From NCBI GenBank assembly GCA_002269645.1, contig NIVC01002932.1, forward strand, positions 1 through 64,000: a DNA stretch of 64,000 nucleotides, given 5' to 3'. Shown one piece after another: positions 12,949 through 26,125 of the stretch. Position numbers and translations under genes: made by a program. This stretch comes from Macrostomum lignano (Eukaryota). The notes below the pieces were generated by a model, which had not been told where the DNA came from, made no database searches, and saw nothing but the letters and a program-made list of their open reading frames with translations. How positions within the stretch are numbered: the first letter of the stretch is position 1; each line of letters starts with the position of its first letter.

Positions 12949-13805
12949 AGAGGATAGAGAGACAATGGGAAGGATAGAGAGAGACAATGGGAAGGATAGA
13001 GACAATGGGAAGTATAGAGGGAGAGAGACAATGGGAAGTATAGAGGGAGAGAGACAATGGGAAGGATAGAGAGAGACAATGGGAAGGATAGAGAGAGACA
13101 ATGGGAAGGATAGAGAGAGACAATGGGAAGGATAGAGAGAGACAATGGGAAGGATAGAGAGACAACGGGAAGGATAGAGAGACAATGGGAAGGATAGAGA
13201 GACAATGGGAAGGATGGAGAGACAATGGGAAGGATAGAGAGACAACGGGAAGGATAGAGAGACAATGGGAAGTATAGAGGGAGACAATGGGAAAGATAGA
13301 GAGAGACAATGGGAAGGATAGAGGGAGACAATGGGAAGGATAGAAGGGAGACAATGGGAAGGATAGAAGGGAGACAATGGGAAGGATAGAGAGAGACAAT
13401 GGGAAGGATAGAGAGAGACAATGGGAAGGATAGAGAGAGACAATGGGAAGGATAGAGAGAGACAATGGGAAGGATAGAGAGAGACAATGGGAAGGATAGA
13501 AGGGAGACAATGGGAAGGATAGAGAGAGACAATGGGAAGGATAGAGAGAGACAATGGGAAGGATAGAGAGAGACAATGGGAAGGATAGAGAGAGACAATG
13601 GGAAGGATAGAAGGGAGACAATGGGAAGGATAGAGAGAGACAATGGGAAGGATAGAGAGAGACAATGGGAAGGATAGAGAGAGACAATGGGAAGGATAGA
13701 GAGAGACAATGGGAAGGATAGAGAGAGACAATGGGAAGGATAGAGAGAGACAATGGGAAGGATAGAGAGAGACAATGGGAAGGATAGAGAGAGAACAATG
13801 GGAAG
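12949..13805. repeat. ~20-22-bp GA-rich satellite (GAGAGAGACAATGGGAAGGATA)n, block 1
   Basis: Direct. Confidence 0.95.
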
Positions 13806-15937
13806 GATAGAGAGGAAAGGAAGGGTCAGAGTGATAACAATTGATTAAGAAAACAAAAAATTAATGGCACAACATACTTCGCCAAATTATGAGTCCGTGC
13901 TCATCGTAAAGAAAATATCCTGTTGCTCAGATTACAGCAGTGCAGATCGGTCGCATTGAATAGATGAGAAAGGTTCAGAATTTGCTTCTGCACAGAGACA
14001 GTGAACCAAAGCAATAATTGGCGTCCACCATGTGAACAGATTTTATCCAGTGCTGGGATATTTTTCGCATTTCCTAGAAAAAGTTACGCTTCCGCGAACG
14101 CGGGAACTCTGCGCTGCAAATTTCTACAACTGAAACAAAAAAAAACGATGTTTGGGCTTTTAGAAAGTACTTACGAGCTTAAATAGACTATCAAAATGTA
14201 TCGAAGTTATGCATGCAGTTTTTGACGCGCGCTAGGACGCTTGGCTTAGGAGTTGGGCATGAATTTTTACAGTTAGTGTTGGATTCGCTTAAAAATGTTT
14301 TTTTTAGGCTCGTTTCAAGCAGTAAAGGTACCGAGGGTCCACCCTGCAGTGCTGCTGGGAGTTAGATCACATACCCAGCGGTGTCAGAACATATTTCAAA
14401 GTGGGGGGGGGCTATTGATGGGAGGGTACATTGCAAATAATTTCTTTAAATCTAAAGGCACCCAAACTCCTGCTGTTATATCAGTTTGTGAAATTGTGAC
14501 AATGGGAAGGATAGAGAGAGACAATAGGAAGGATAGAGAGAGACAATGGGAAGGATAGAAGGGAGACAATGGGAAGGATAGAGAGAGACAATGGGAAGGA
14601 TAGAGGGAGACAATGGGAAGGATAGAGAGAGACAATGGGAAGGATAGAGGGAGACAATGGGAAGGATAGAGAGAGACAATGGGAAGGATAGAGGGAGACA
14701 ATGGGAAGGATAGAGAGAGACAATGGGAAGGATAGAGAGAGACAATGGGAAGGATAGAGAGAGACAATGGGAAGGATAGAAGGGAGACAATGGGAAGGAT
14801 AGAGAGAGACAATGGGAAGGATAGAGAGAGACAATGGGAAGGATAGAGAGAGACAATGGGAAGGATAGAGAGAGACAATGGGAAGGATAGAGAGAGACAA
14901 TGGGAAGGATAGAGGGAGACAATGGAAGGATAGAGAGAGACAATGGGAAGGATAGAGAGAGACAATGGGAAGGATAGAGAGAGACAATGGGAAGGATAGA
15001 GGGAGACAATGGGAAGGATAGAGAGAGACAATGGGAAGGATAGAAGGGAGACAATGGGAAGGATAGAGAGAGACAATGGGAAGGATAGAGAGAGACAATG
15101 GGAAGGATAGAGAGAGACAATGGGAAGGATAGAGAGAGACAATGGGAAGGATAGAGAGAGACAATGGGAAGGATAGAGAGAGACAATGGGAAGGATAGAG
15201 AGAGACAATGGGAAGGATAGAGAGAGAACAATGGGAAGGATAGAGAGGAAAGGAAGGGTCAGAGTGATAACAATTGATTAAGAAAACAAAAAATTAATGG
15301 CACAACATACTTCGCCAAATTATGAGTCCGTGCTCATCGTAAAGAAAATATCCTGTTGCTCAGATTACAGTAGTGCAGATCGGTCGCATTGAATAGATGA
15401 GAAAGGTTCAGAATTTGCTTCTGCACAGAGACAGTGAACCAAAGCAATAATTGGCGTCCACCATGTGAACAGATTTTATCCAGTGCTGGGATATTTTTCG
15501 CATTTCCTAGAAAAAGTTACGCTTCCGCGAACGCGGGAACTCTGCGCTGCAAATTTCTACAACTGAAACAAAAAAAAACGATGTTTGGGCTTTTAGAAAG
15601 TACTTACGAGCTTAAATAGACTATCAAAATGTATCGAAGTTATGCATGCAGTTTTTGACGCGCGCTAGGACGCTTGGCTTAGGAGTTGGGCATGAATTTT
15701 TACAGTTAGTGTTGGATTCGCTTAAAAATGTTTTTTTAGGCTCGTTTCAAGCAGTAAAGGTACCGAGGGTCCACCCTGCAGTGCTGCTGGGAGTTAGATC
15801 ACATACCCAGCGGTGTCAGAACATATTTCAAAGTGGGGGGGGGGGGCTATTGATGGGAGGGTACATTGCAAATAATTTCTTTAAATCTAAAGGCACCCAA
15901 ACTCCTGCTGTTATATCAGTTTGTGAAATTGTGACAA
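13068..15937. repeat. ~1435-bp tandem segmental duplication (satellite plus ~710 bp of unique sequence, two copies)
   Basis: ~13792-14502 matches ~15225-15937. Differences seen are one substitution and a G-run length; junction microhomology GACAA at 14498-14502. Confidence 0.88.
14498..15245. repeat. GA-rich satellite, block 2
   Basis: Same unit as 12949-13805. Confidence 0.95.
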
Positions 15938-16259
15938 CCAGGCCGATATTCAATTTTGAGTTGGAAGTGGCAAAAAGTCTGAAAATGTTTGAATTTTTAA
16001 CTGATTCAAACATTGCGCAACTAATTGCGAAAATTGCATTATCAATTTAAATAGTTGTGGCGAGTTGAGCCACGTAAAGTTTATTTGAAGTAGCAGGGTG
16101 GAGGCGCGCGAGACAAAAGTCTAAAGTTATATAGGCCAGCGGTGTACACTGGGCAGCCAATCAACGCACAGCGCCCGTGCACATAGCGCCGGCCTCCCCG
16201 GCCAGGGGTTGGGGTGGCTGCTGGAGCGCGCACGCGCGCGTGGCGTGACCGCCACATGG

Positions 16260-19200
16260 CTCCCCCCAGCGCTGGCCTAGGACCGAAACCGCGTCGGGCG
16301 GCACCGGCGAGGCGGAAGCTGGCGGCGACCAGACGCTGGAGGCCGGGTCGCTTGCACCGGTGGGAGGCGCGTCGGTGGGAGCCCCGGCGGCGCTTGCGGG
16401 TGCGCAGCTGCGACCGGAGGGTCTCCACCACGTGGCAGTTGTGGCCGGCCGTCCGGAGGGCCGGAGCCGGAATCGCCTCGCCGGGATCGAGCGCCGCCGG
16501 CTTGAGTCTGTCCACTGCCACGTGATCCTGCCGCGTGCCCAGGTCGAGGCGGAAGGTCTTGTCTTCGCGCTCAAGGACCTTGAAGGGCCTGAAGTACGGC
16601 CGCTGCAGAGATGGCCGGTGGCCGTCGCGGCGGATGAAGACGTGCGTGCAGGACTCCAGGCAGCAGGCACGGAGGCAGCGACGCGGCCATGACGCGAGGT
16701 TGGAGGCGGCCGGAACGACTGTACCGCGCTGCGTAGCCGGGCCAGGAACTGGTCGTAAGAGCCCTCGGGTGGCGCGGCCTGCAGGCATTCTCCCGGTACC
16801 GTCAGCGGGGCGCCGTAGACCAGCTCGGCCGAGGAGGCGCCGATGTCCTCCTTGGGAGCCGTGCGGATGCCCAGCAACGCCCAGGGCAGCTCATCGGTCC
16901 AAGTCGGTCCGGTCAGGCGCGCCATCAGGGATGCCTTGAGCTGGCGGTGGAAGCGTTCCACCAGGCCGCTAGCCTGTGGGTGAAAAGCGGTGGTGTGGTG
17001 CAGCTGCATGCCCAGCAGCCGCGACACGTTGGCCCATAGCCCGGAGGTGAACTGGGAGCCGCGGTCGGACGTGACGTCACTGGGCACGCCGAAGCGGGCG
17101 ATCCAACCGGCGATGAAAGCGGACGCGCAGGAGGCAGCGGAAGTGTCGGCCAAGGGGAAAGCCTCTCGCCAGCGGGAGAACCTGTCGACGACGGTCAGCA
17201 GGTGCGTGAAACCGCGGGACTGCGGCAGCGGTCCGACAAGGTCGATGTGGACGTGCGCAAAACGGCTGCGGGGCACCGGGATGCTGGCGGGCGGGGCAGT
17301 CACGTGGCGCTGCACCTTGGCCGTCTGGCAGGCGATGCAGCTGCGAGCCCATTGGCCGACGTCCCTGTTGATTCCCGGCCACACGAACCTCTCGGACACT
17401 ATGCGCCGCGTACTGCGTACGGACGGGTGCGCCAGGCCGTGGACTGTGTCGAAAACGGCGCGGCGGAAGTCGGTGGGCACCAGCGGGCGCGGGCGGCCGG
17501 TCACGGTGTCGCAGATGACCTCCAGGCCGGGACGCAACGCCACGCGCTCGAGCCGCAGGCCGGTGCCGGCGAGCGCGGGATCGTCTGCTCGCTGCGCGCG
17601 TGCCAGGGCCGCGTAGTCGATGCCGGGGAGCAGCGGCTGCACAGAGGCGATGGTGCAGCGGGACAGGGCGTCGGCCACCGGATTGTCCTTGCCCGCCACG
17701 TGCCGGATGTCGGTGGTGAACTCCAACACGTATGCGAGGTGCCGCTGCTGGCGCGCTGACCAGGGATCCGACAACTTGGCCATGGCCACGACCAGGGGTT
17801 TGTGGTCAGTGTAGGCGGTGAAGATGCGGCCTTCCAAAAAGTAGCGGAAATGCCGCGTGGCCAGATAGAGAGCGAGTAACTCCCGGTCGAACGCGCTGTA
17901 CTTTTGTTCAGCCGGTCGCAGTTGGCGGCTGAAGAAGGCGAGTGGCCGCCAGGCCTCGCCGACACGCTGCTCAAGAACCGCCCCGATGGCGGTGTCCGAG
18001 GCGTCGACCGTCAGCGCCGTTGGGGCGTCGGGCTCCGGGTGCGCAAGCATGGTCGCGTCAACCAGGGCCTGCTTCGTGCTGTTGAAGGCGTCCGTCAGCT
18101 CCGGTGTCCACTGAACGATCTTGTCCTTGCTGGCCAGGGCGCCGTAGATGGGGCGCAGCAACTGGGCGGCCCGCGGCACGAACCGGTGATAGAAGTTCAC
18201 CATGCCGGCGAACTCTTGCAGGCCCTTGACGGTCGCGGGCGGAGCGAATCGGGCGATGGCTTCGACTTTGTCTGGCAGCGGCATGGCGCCCCGGCTGTTG
18301 ATGCGGTGGCCTAGAAAGTCGATTTCGCTGCGGCCAAACTGGCACTTGGCTGGATTGACGAGGAGGCCGTTGTCTGCCAGGCGCTGCAACAGCGTGCGCA
18401 GGTGCTCCAGATGCTGCTGAGGGCCGCTGCTCGCCACTAGGAAGTCGTCGATATAGGCGAACACGAAGTCCAAACCCTGGCAGACCGTGTCAATCAGCCG
18501 TTGGAAGGCCTGGGCGGCGTTTTTGAGTCCGAATGGCATCCGGAGAAACTCGAACAGGCCGAATGGCGTGATGACGGCCGTCTTGGCGATGTCGGCCTCG
18601 GCAACCGGGATCTGGTGGTAGCCCCGCACCAGGTCGATCTTGGAGAAAATGTTGCACCCGGACAGCCGCGCAGAAAAGTCCTGAATGTGCGGCACCGGGT
18701 AGCGGTCGGGCACCGTGGCGTCGTTCAGCCGCCGGAAATCGCCGCAGGGCCGCCAACCCCCGGAGGCCTTTGGCACCATGTGCAGCGGCGACGACCAGGG
18801 GCTGCAGGACCGCCGCACGATGCCCAGCTGCTCCAGGTTGCGGAATTCCTCCTTGGCCACCGCCAGCTTGTCAGGCGGCAGGCGGCGCGCCCGGGCGTGG
18901 ACAGGGGGGCCCGTCGTAGGAATATGATGTTGGACCCCGTGGAGCGGCCGGGCTTTCTGGAAACTCGGCTCCGTCAGCGTCGGGAACTCCGCGAGCAGCT
19001 GGCTGTACAGGTCCCCAGCGACGGCGGCGGCGAGCTGAGGTGCCGGGCCGGACCCGAGCAGCAGGTGGGCGCTGGACAGCGAGCTAGTGTCGAGCAGACG
19101 GCGGTTTGGCATGTCCACCAGTAGGCCGTGGTGCCGCAGGAAATCCGCGCCGATCAACGGCCGTGACACCTCGGCCAGGATGAACGGCCAGGTGCAGGTC

Positions 19201-19442
19201 TTGACGCCGAGGTCGAGCGTCAGCGTCCGGCTGCCGAACGTCCGGATCGGGCTGCCGTTGGCCGCGAAAAGCGGCGGGCCGGGTGTGTGCGAGCGGGCGT
19301 CTGCCCCCGAGACAGGAAAAATGCTCACCTCAGCGCCGGTGTCGACCAAGAAGCGCCGGCCCGTGGCTACGTCGGGGATGAGCAGGAGGTTGTTGCTGCC
19401 GGCCGTCGAGGCGTTCACTGACGGCCGGCCGGCCCGTTTCCC
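16260..19442 (-). pseudogene. pol: Gypsy pol (protease-RT-RNase H-integrase) with a 1-nt frameshift near 16660
   Basis: FLVDTGA protease, YIDD RT, DAS...ELLA...TDH RNase H, HHCC/DDE integrase. The C-terminal PYxxPFKV...VDRLKP segment continues in a different frame after VPAA. Confidence 0.92.
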
Positions 19443-20107
19443 GAGAACTGGCAGGGCGGCTCGCAACGCCGGGCCTTGGCGCCGAACTTCCGGTGGAAGA
19501 AACAGATGGGGCCATCGGCCTCCCTCGGCTGGTGCTGCTTCGGCTTGGCGCAAGCCGGGCGGGCGGTGGCAGCAACTACCGGCGGGTGCTCTGGCGGCAG
19601 GGTGGCGGTGGCCACGGGCTGTGCCCGGCTCGCCCAGAGTTCATCCGCGAGTCGCGCAACTGCGCGCGGGTCAGCGAAATCCACGGAGACGAGTGCCATG
19701 CGAATTTCGGCCGGCATCTGCTGGCGGAAAAGCTCCTCGAAGAGCATGCAGGGCCGGTGGTTGCCGAGCAGGGCCAGCATCTCGTCCATGAGCTCGGACG
19801 GGCGGCGGTCACCGAGGCCGGCCAGGTTGAGCAGCCGGCTGGCACGCTGTTGCTGCGTCAGGCCGAATGTGCCGAGGACGCGGGCCTTGAGAGCATCGTA
19901 CTTGTTCTCAGCCGGCGGTGTCTCAAGCACGTCCAGCAGGCGCTCGGCTGACTGCTGGTCCAGCGCGGCTACGAGGTGAAAGTATTTGATAGCATCTTGC
20001 GTGATGTTGCGGAGGACGAATTGCGCCTCTGCCTGGATGAACTAGGCGCGAGGCTGGCTGGCCCAGAACGTGGGCAGCTTGAGGGCCACCGCAGACTCAG
20101 TTGACAT
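19415..20107 (-). pseudogene. gag: Gypsy gag with a premature TAG at codon 22
   Basis: MSTESAVALKLPTFWASQPRA*FIQAEAQF (TGG>TAG probable), [28 protein letters not shown] zinc knuckle-like motif; GGGAAAC slippery site at 19436-19442. Confidence 0.9.
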
Positions 20108-20579
20108 ACTGAGGAGTTATTCTCAAACAAGCGGTTGAGAGTCGGGCTCACCAATGTGGCGAGTTGAGCCACGTAAAGTTTATTTGAAGTAGCAGGGTGG
20201 AGGCGCGCGAGACAAAAGTCTAAAGTTATATAGGCCAGCGGTGTACACTGGGCAGCAAATCAACGCACAGCGCCCGTGCACATAGCGCCGGCCTCCCCGG
20301 CCGGGGTTGGGGTGGCTGCTGGAGCGCGCACGCGCGCGTGGCGTGACCGCCACATAATAAAATATCTCAAATGAATGAAAATTACCAGGGCAAGACCAGT
20401 AATTCTCTGGATCTCTTGGCTGCCTCCTTCAGTTCCTCTTGGCGCTGTCTCTTTATTCTTTTAGCTGACGGCATTTTAGCAATTTTGGTTGCAGCGTCAG
20501 CAGCGGTTGAGGTCTTGGGATTGCGGCGCACTCGGAATTTCGATCAGAGACGCCAAAGTGAAAGGGCTGAATACTAAAA

Positions 20580-21457
20580 CAGGGGTTGGCAAATTCTGGC
20601 CTGAGGGCCAAATGTGGCCCGCAAAGCCTCTCTATCCGGTCCTCGGATCCTTTAAATCTTCACAATAGCAATCCGGCCCGCTCGATGTTTGTCTCTTCTC
20701 AGCTCTCTTCTCATATTCTCTCCTGTTCTCTCCTCTCCTCTCTCTTCTCCTCTCATCTCCTCACCTATCTCCTCTCCTCTCTCCTTTCCTCTCCTCACCT
20801 CTCTTCTCTCCTCTCTCCTTTCCTCTCCTCTCCTCTTCTCTCCTCTCCTCAACTCTCTCATCTCCTCTCCTCTCTACTCTCCTCACCTCTCTCATCTCCT
20901 CTCCTCTCCTCTCTTCTCTCCTCTCCTCTCTCCTCTCATCTTTTCTTTCCTTTCCTCGTCCTCTCCTCTCCTCCCCTCTCCTTTCCTCTCTTTCTTTCCT
21001 TTCATCTCCTCACCTCTCTCCTCTCCCTTTTCTCTCCATTCTCTTCTCCCTTCCCTCTTCTCTTCTCTTCTCTTCTCTCTTTTCGTCTCTCCTCTCCTTA
21101 TCCATCTCCCCTCTCCAATTTTATCTCTCTTCTCGTCTACTCTCTTCTCCTTTATTCCTTCACCTCTCCTCTCTCCTCTCCTCTCCTCTCCTCTCCTCTC
21201 CTCTCCTCTCCTCTCCTCTCCTCGCTCCTCTTATCTTGTCTTTCCTTTCCTTCTCCTCTCCTCGCCTCTCCTTTCTCCTACGCTCATATAATTCTCTGCT
21301 CTATTCCCTATCCTCTCTCCCTTCTCTTGCCTGCAGTCAGGGACTCCTGGGCGCGTTTTGCTTACGGGGGCCCAGCGAAGCAAACCCAGAAGGGCAGTCA
21401 TTGCGCCACGCTAGGTTCTCAATCTGGCCTTTAAGGTGAAAAGTTTGCTGACCAATG
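20580..21457. mobile_element. hAT-type MITE with a CT-rich low-complexity interior (~20690-21290)
   Basis: Starts CAGGGGTTGGCAAA and ends GTTTGCTGACCAATG (degenerate TIR); 8-bp TSD TACTAAAA/CACTAAAA. Confidence 0.75.
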
Positions 21458-22108
21458 CACTAAAAGCACTAGGCTTATGCACATTAGATAAAAACTGTAG
21501 TGGAATGGAGATTGAGAACAACATGAACTACGAGTATTATATCAGCTGATACCCCCCTTAGCTTCCAAGACTCAGAAAAGCCAGAGCCCAAAACCAGTCG
21601 ACACTTGTTTAAAATTCAAAAAGGGCACTTGCTGGATCATGCTAAAAAGTGGGGGGGGGGACTTCAGCCCCCCCGTGCCCCCCCGGTTCCGACACCCCTG
21701 CACATACCAAATATATTGGTGAGCCTACTCGCCCTAGGAATTTCAGGTGCGAAAAACCATAATTTTGGTTGGCGCAGCTGAAATCGCATCGCGAAGTTCA
21801 CCGAAATTCCATCGCCTCATCGTATTTTTAACGCATTTTTAAACAAAACTGTCTCAGATTGATACGACCCACAATTGATGCAATGAATTCTAAGAACAGA
21901 TGAAATGGGCACAGTTAAACTATTCAGAGAACAAAGAAATTTCGTTGGTTGCCAGTTAAAAAATGAACGATAGCAAAAATGTCAGCCAACACACATCCAG
22001 CTGGACAATGTACATGGAAGCAAAATTGTCAGTCAACACACATCCAGCTGGACAATGTCTAATCACTAATCACACTGATCACTTTACCAGGCCGAGCTAA
22101 CGGAAACG

Positions 22109-24174
22109 CTAGGCCAACGTCGCTGCCTCCTGGGCGTCGGCAGCAGCAGCTGGCGCGTCAGCAGCGGGAAGCCCCAACAGGTGTCGGCAGCCGTCCAGCT
22201 CATCCGGCGCGAGTTCGCCCGACTCGACCGCCTCCTTCAGAAGCATCGAGGCCGCTGCGTGCATCATTGAAGAAGACGAAGGCCGCAGCGGCGACCTGCG
22301 CCGGTCCAAGGAGCCCGGCAACTGGTGCTGCTGACACCGCAGCGGCCTCGCCTCCTTCGGCTTGGTGCTCATCAGGTAGACGAGCTCCACAAACTCAAAG
22401 AAGGACAGAATTGACACGCCCGCGTACAGGCCGAAAATCCCGCCGATCTCCGACAAGGCCTCGGCGAACGAGTAGCTTTCAACCTCCTCGTGCAGCGTGC
22501 CAGTGGGACTGTCGGCGTGGATGGCCACCTTCAGGAAGTTCTTGCGCACCAGGAACTCCGCAGCTGTCCAGTTGACGCCGTGGCCGGAGCTCTCCTGACT
22601 GATGATGTCGTGAATTGGCGCCACGCTGGTGTTCTTCAGGATGTGGTTGTAGCTCCTGGCGCCGACTGTCTCCTTCTGGAATGCGGGAAGCACGTACTGG
22701 TTGATGAGGAACTGGATGTCCCTCTGGCTAGGCCAGGCCGAGCTGCCCATCTTCACGTTGTAGTTGTTCACGCTGCACGGCTGGAAGTTCTGCGAATCGC
22801 GGAAGTAGTCGAAGATCTTGTGCTTCAGTCGGTGCTCGTAGACCCGGTCGTGACACCGGATGTGCCTCAGTGTGCGCTCTATCTCGGCCGGGTCGGTCCC
22901 GTCGCGGCAGTGATAGCACAGCTCGGTGTTGAAGCACTGAAACGGCATTATGTGAGTGTAGCAATGGCAGGCCGACCAGAACAAGGCCTGGCTCTTATCC
23001 ACTATGTAGTCTAGGCGGGCTCGTTTGAACTTCTTGAAGTTTGGCGGCGGCCTGGGTCCCGGATAGCGGATGTTGCTGCCAGGATAGTACGCCATGTACT
23101 CCATCCGGTCCTCCGTGCCGCTGGTCTCCACCCGGCAGGGGTGCTCCGGTCGGTTCTTAGACAGCTTCCGCTCCATGTAGAAGTTGATATTAGAGAAGTC
23201 GCCATTGCCAACAATGACGCTGTTCATGTCCATGTGCGGGTAGGTGTCCTTCTCGTGCAGGATCACCCGCATGCCGTCCGGCTCCAGCTTGTCTCCGGCC
23301 AGCAGCTGATTGAGCGACAGATTGTAATTCTCCAGGTAGCGCTCCAGGAAGTTGGACTGGTCGCCCAGGTGGTTCAGGATTTCGTCCTCGTAGTCGTAGT
23401 AAACGTCTCGAATCGTGGTGAGGCCGTTCTTGGATGCACATTGCGCAGGTGCGAATTCGTGTAGAGAATCAGGCTCAGGCCTTCGTCTTCGTTACTGGAG
23501 TAGACCTGCCGGTCCTCGTGGCCTCCATCGAATTTTGGCGCAAATGTGTAGCAATTCCAGTAGCGCAGGTTCTGCACCATCTTGAACTGCTTGTTGGAGC
23601 ATTGTCGGTTCTTGTAGCTGCACTGCACTATAAACAGATCGTCATCATGAGCCAGGTCCCTGGTGTCCTCCGAGGCCCAGAAGATCTGCATGAAAGTCCT
23701 GGCCACTTTCAGTCGGCCAACTTTGTCATTGGCGGAGAAATTGCCAGCCCGAATGAAGCCGCTGAAGTATTTCCACCGGTTGCTGATGTGCCCGTGGATC
23801 TCCTTGGCTGCGTGGTACTGCACCGACTCGGAGATCGGGTACATGTTACAGAAAGTCACGTCCGGAAACTCCTGCCGGATGCGGCCCTGCAAGATGACGG
23901 AGTTCACCGGTGTCTCCATGTAGTTAGCCACGATGAAGTAGATGTGAACGGCGCAGGCTCCGCAGCTGACTAGGGTGATGCAGAGCCAGAACAGCTTCCT
24001 GCAGGTGTCGGTAGACTGGTACATGTGGCCCAGGCCGTGCACTGTAGTCCGGTGCCCGTAGTCATTGAACTCGTTAATTATAAACCGCAGGGTGTTTCTG
24101 CGCTCCTGCTCCCGCCGCTGCTGCTGCTGTTGCTGCTCTTGCTTGATTCTCGGCGCTTGCGATGCAGTAGCCAT
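22109..24174 (-). CDS. DEG/ENaC (degenerin/ASIC/FaNaC-type) sodium channel, intronless, with one frameshift between ~23460 and 23374
   Basis: TTVHGLGH pre-TM1 HG motif, TM1 LFWLCITLVS, FPDVTFCN, CYTF, GLSLILY, GMRVILH, Cys-rich thumb, TM2 LSEIGGIFGLYAGVSILSFFEFVEL. The second frame is open upstream of MRVIL (KNGLTTIRDVYYDYEDE...). Confidence 0.9.
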
Positions 24175-24766
24175 TTCTGCGTGTCTCCCGCAGATTCTGG
24201 AAGCTCGATGACTTCTAAAGTTTATTTTTTCAAAGCAGGCACCAAGTTAAAATATGGGAAATATAAACGTTTTGGAAAGGTCCTCTGTGTTATCAGGGCG
24301 CCAGTGCCGACAGCCTTCAGCCAAAAAGTTGGCCAGCGATTGGGTTGACTGGGGAATAAAGTTCAGGCGGGCGCCTGCTGGTGCAGGGGAATATAAACAG
24401 TGGGAAAACAAGCAGAGAGAGAGAGATTGTAGTTCTAGCAAGGAGCATCAACCAATGGCTGCTGGTGGACGGCTGACGATGTAATTTTGGCAGCAGATTT
24501 GCGGCTTACATGCCAACTATCACTAAGCTGCAATATCCATAATGCCGTTATGGTCTTTCCAAGCTGTCTGATTCAACTCATGCATATGCAAAGAAGCCTC
24601 AAGGAGGACATAGCACCCGGGAGGCATTAATCAGGAGCTGAAGAGTGAGTCTCAGAGCTACGCTTGTAAGAATAGCATTAATTTATCTATCTGGAATTTT
24701 CTTCAGTTTGGAAATTGCGTATAAAACTTTCTGCCTAAATTTTGCTGCAGTTGAATATATATGCTC

Positions 24767-26125
24767 GTACATTGTCTCGGGTGGACTCTAATGTGCATCG
24801 TCATGGACTGAAATCTAATGTACATTGTCTCGGGTGGACTCTAATGTGCATCGTCATGGACTGAAATCTAATGTACATTGTCTCGGATGGATTCTAATGT
24901 GCATCGTCATGGACTGAAATCTAATGTACATTGTCTCGTGTTGGAATCTAAATGTACATTATCTCGGGTTGGAATCTAATGTACATTGTCTCGGGTTGGA
25001 ATCTAATGTACATTGTCTCGGGTTGGAATCTAATGTACATTGTCTCGTGCTGGAATCTAATTTACATTGTCTCGTGTTGGAATCTAATTTACATTGTCTC
25101 GGGTTAGAATCTAATGTACATTGTCTCGGGTTGGAATCCAATGTACATTGTCTCGGGTTGGAATCTAATTTACATTGTCTCGTGTTGGAATCTAATGTAC
25201 ATTGTCTCGGGTTGGAATCTAATGTACATTATCTCGTGCTGGAATCTAATTTACATTGTCTCGTGTTGGAATCTAATGTACATTGTCTCGTGTTGGAATC
25301 CAATGTACATTGTCTCGGGTTGGAATCTAATGTACATTGTCTCGGGTTGGAATCCAATGTACATTGTCCCGGGTTGGAATCTAATTTACATTGTCTCGTG
25401 TTGGAATCTAATGTACATTGTCTCGGGTTAGAATCTAATGTACATTGTCTCGTGCTGGAATCTAATGTACATTGTCTCGGGTTGGAATCTAATGTACATT
25501 GTCTCGGGTTGGAATCTAATGTACATTGTCTCGGGTTGGAATCTAATGTACATTGTCTCGGGTTGGAATCTAATGTACATTGTCTCGTGCTGGAATCTAA
25601 TTTACATTGTCTCGTGTTGGAATCTAATTTACATTGTCTCGGGTTAGAATCTAATGTACATTGTCTCGGGTTGGAATCTAATGTACATTGTCTCGTGCTG
25701 GAATCTAATTTACATTGTCTCGTGTTGGAATCTAATTTACATTGTCTCGGGTTAGAATCTAATGTACATTGTCTCGGGTTGGAATCCAATGTACATTGTC
25801 TCGGGTTGGAATCTAATTTACATTGTCTCGGGTTGGAATCCAATGTACATTGTCTCGGGTTGGAATCCAATGTACATTGTCTCGGGTTGGAATCCAATGT
25901 ACATTGTCTCGGGTTGGAATCCAATGTACATTGTCTCGTGCTGGAATCTAATGTACATTGTCTCGGGTTGGAATCCAATGTACATTGTCTCGTGCTGGAA
26001 TCTAACGTACATTGTCTCGGGTTGGAATCTAATGTACATTGTCTTGGGTAAAAAATCCAATGTACATTGTCTCGGGTTGGAATCTAATGTACATTGTATC
26101 AGGTTGGACTCTAGTGTACATTGTC
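24767..26125. repeat. 27-bp minisatellite (GGAATCTAATGTACATTGTCTCGGGTT), ~50 copies
   Basis: Direct; 9-aa period in overlapping ORFs. Confidence 0.96.

Larger units (their letters stand above)
16056..20354 (-). mobile_element. Full-length Ty3/Gypsy LTR retrotransposon
   Basis: LTRs 16056-16256 and 20155-20354 (TGT...ACA; 1 substitution plus 1 indel). PBS TGGTGAGCCCGAC next to the 5' LTR resembles a tRNA-Trp 3' end. PPT GGGGGGAG before the 3' LTR. Flanks TAGT/TAAT may be a mutated 4-bp TSD. Confidence 0.96.
15808..21700. mobile_element. Non-autonomous hAT-type DNA transposon (~0.7 kb of its own sequence) hosting two nested insertions
   Basis: TIRs CAGCGGTGTCAGAAC / GTTCCGACACCCCTG (13/15 match); perfect 8-bp TSD CACATACC at 15800-15807 and 21701-21708. 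Confidence 0.85.
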
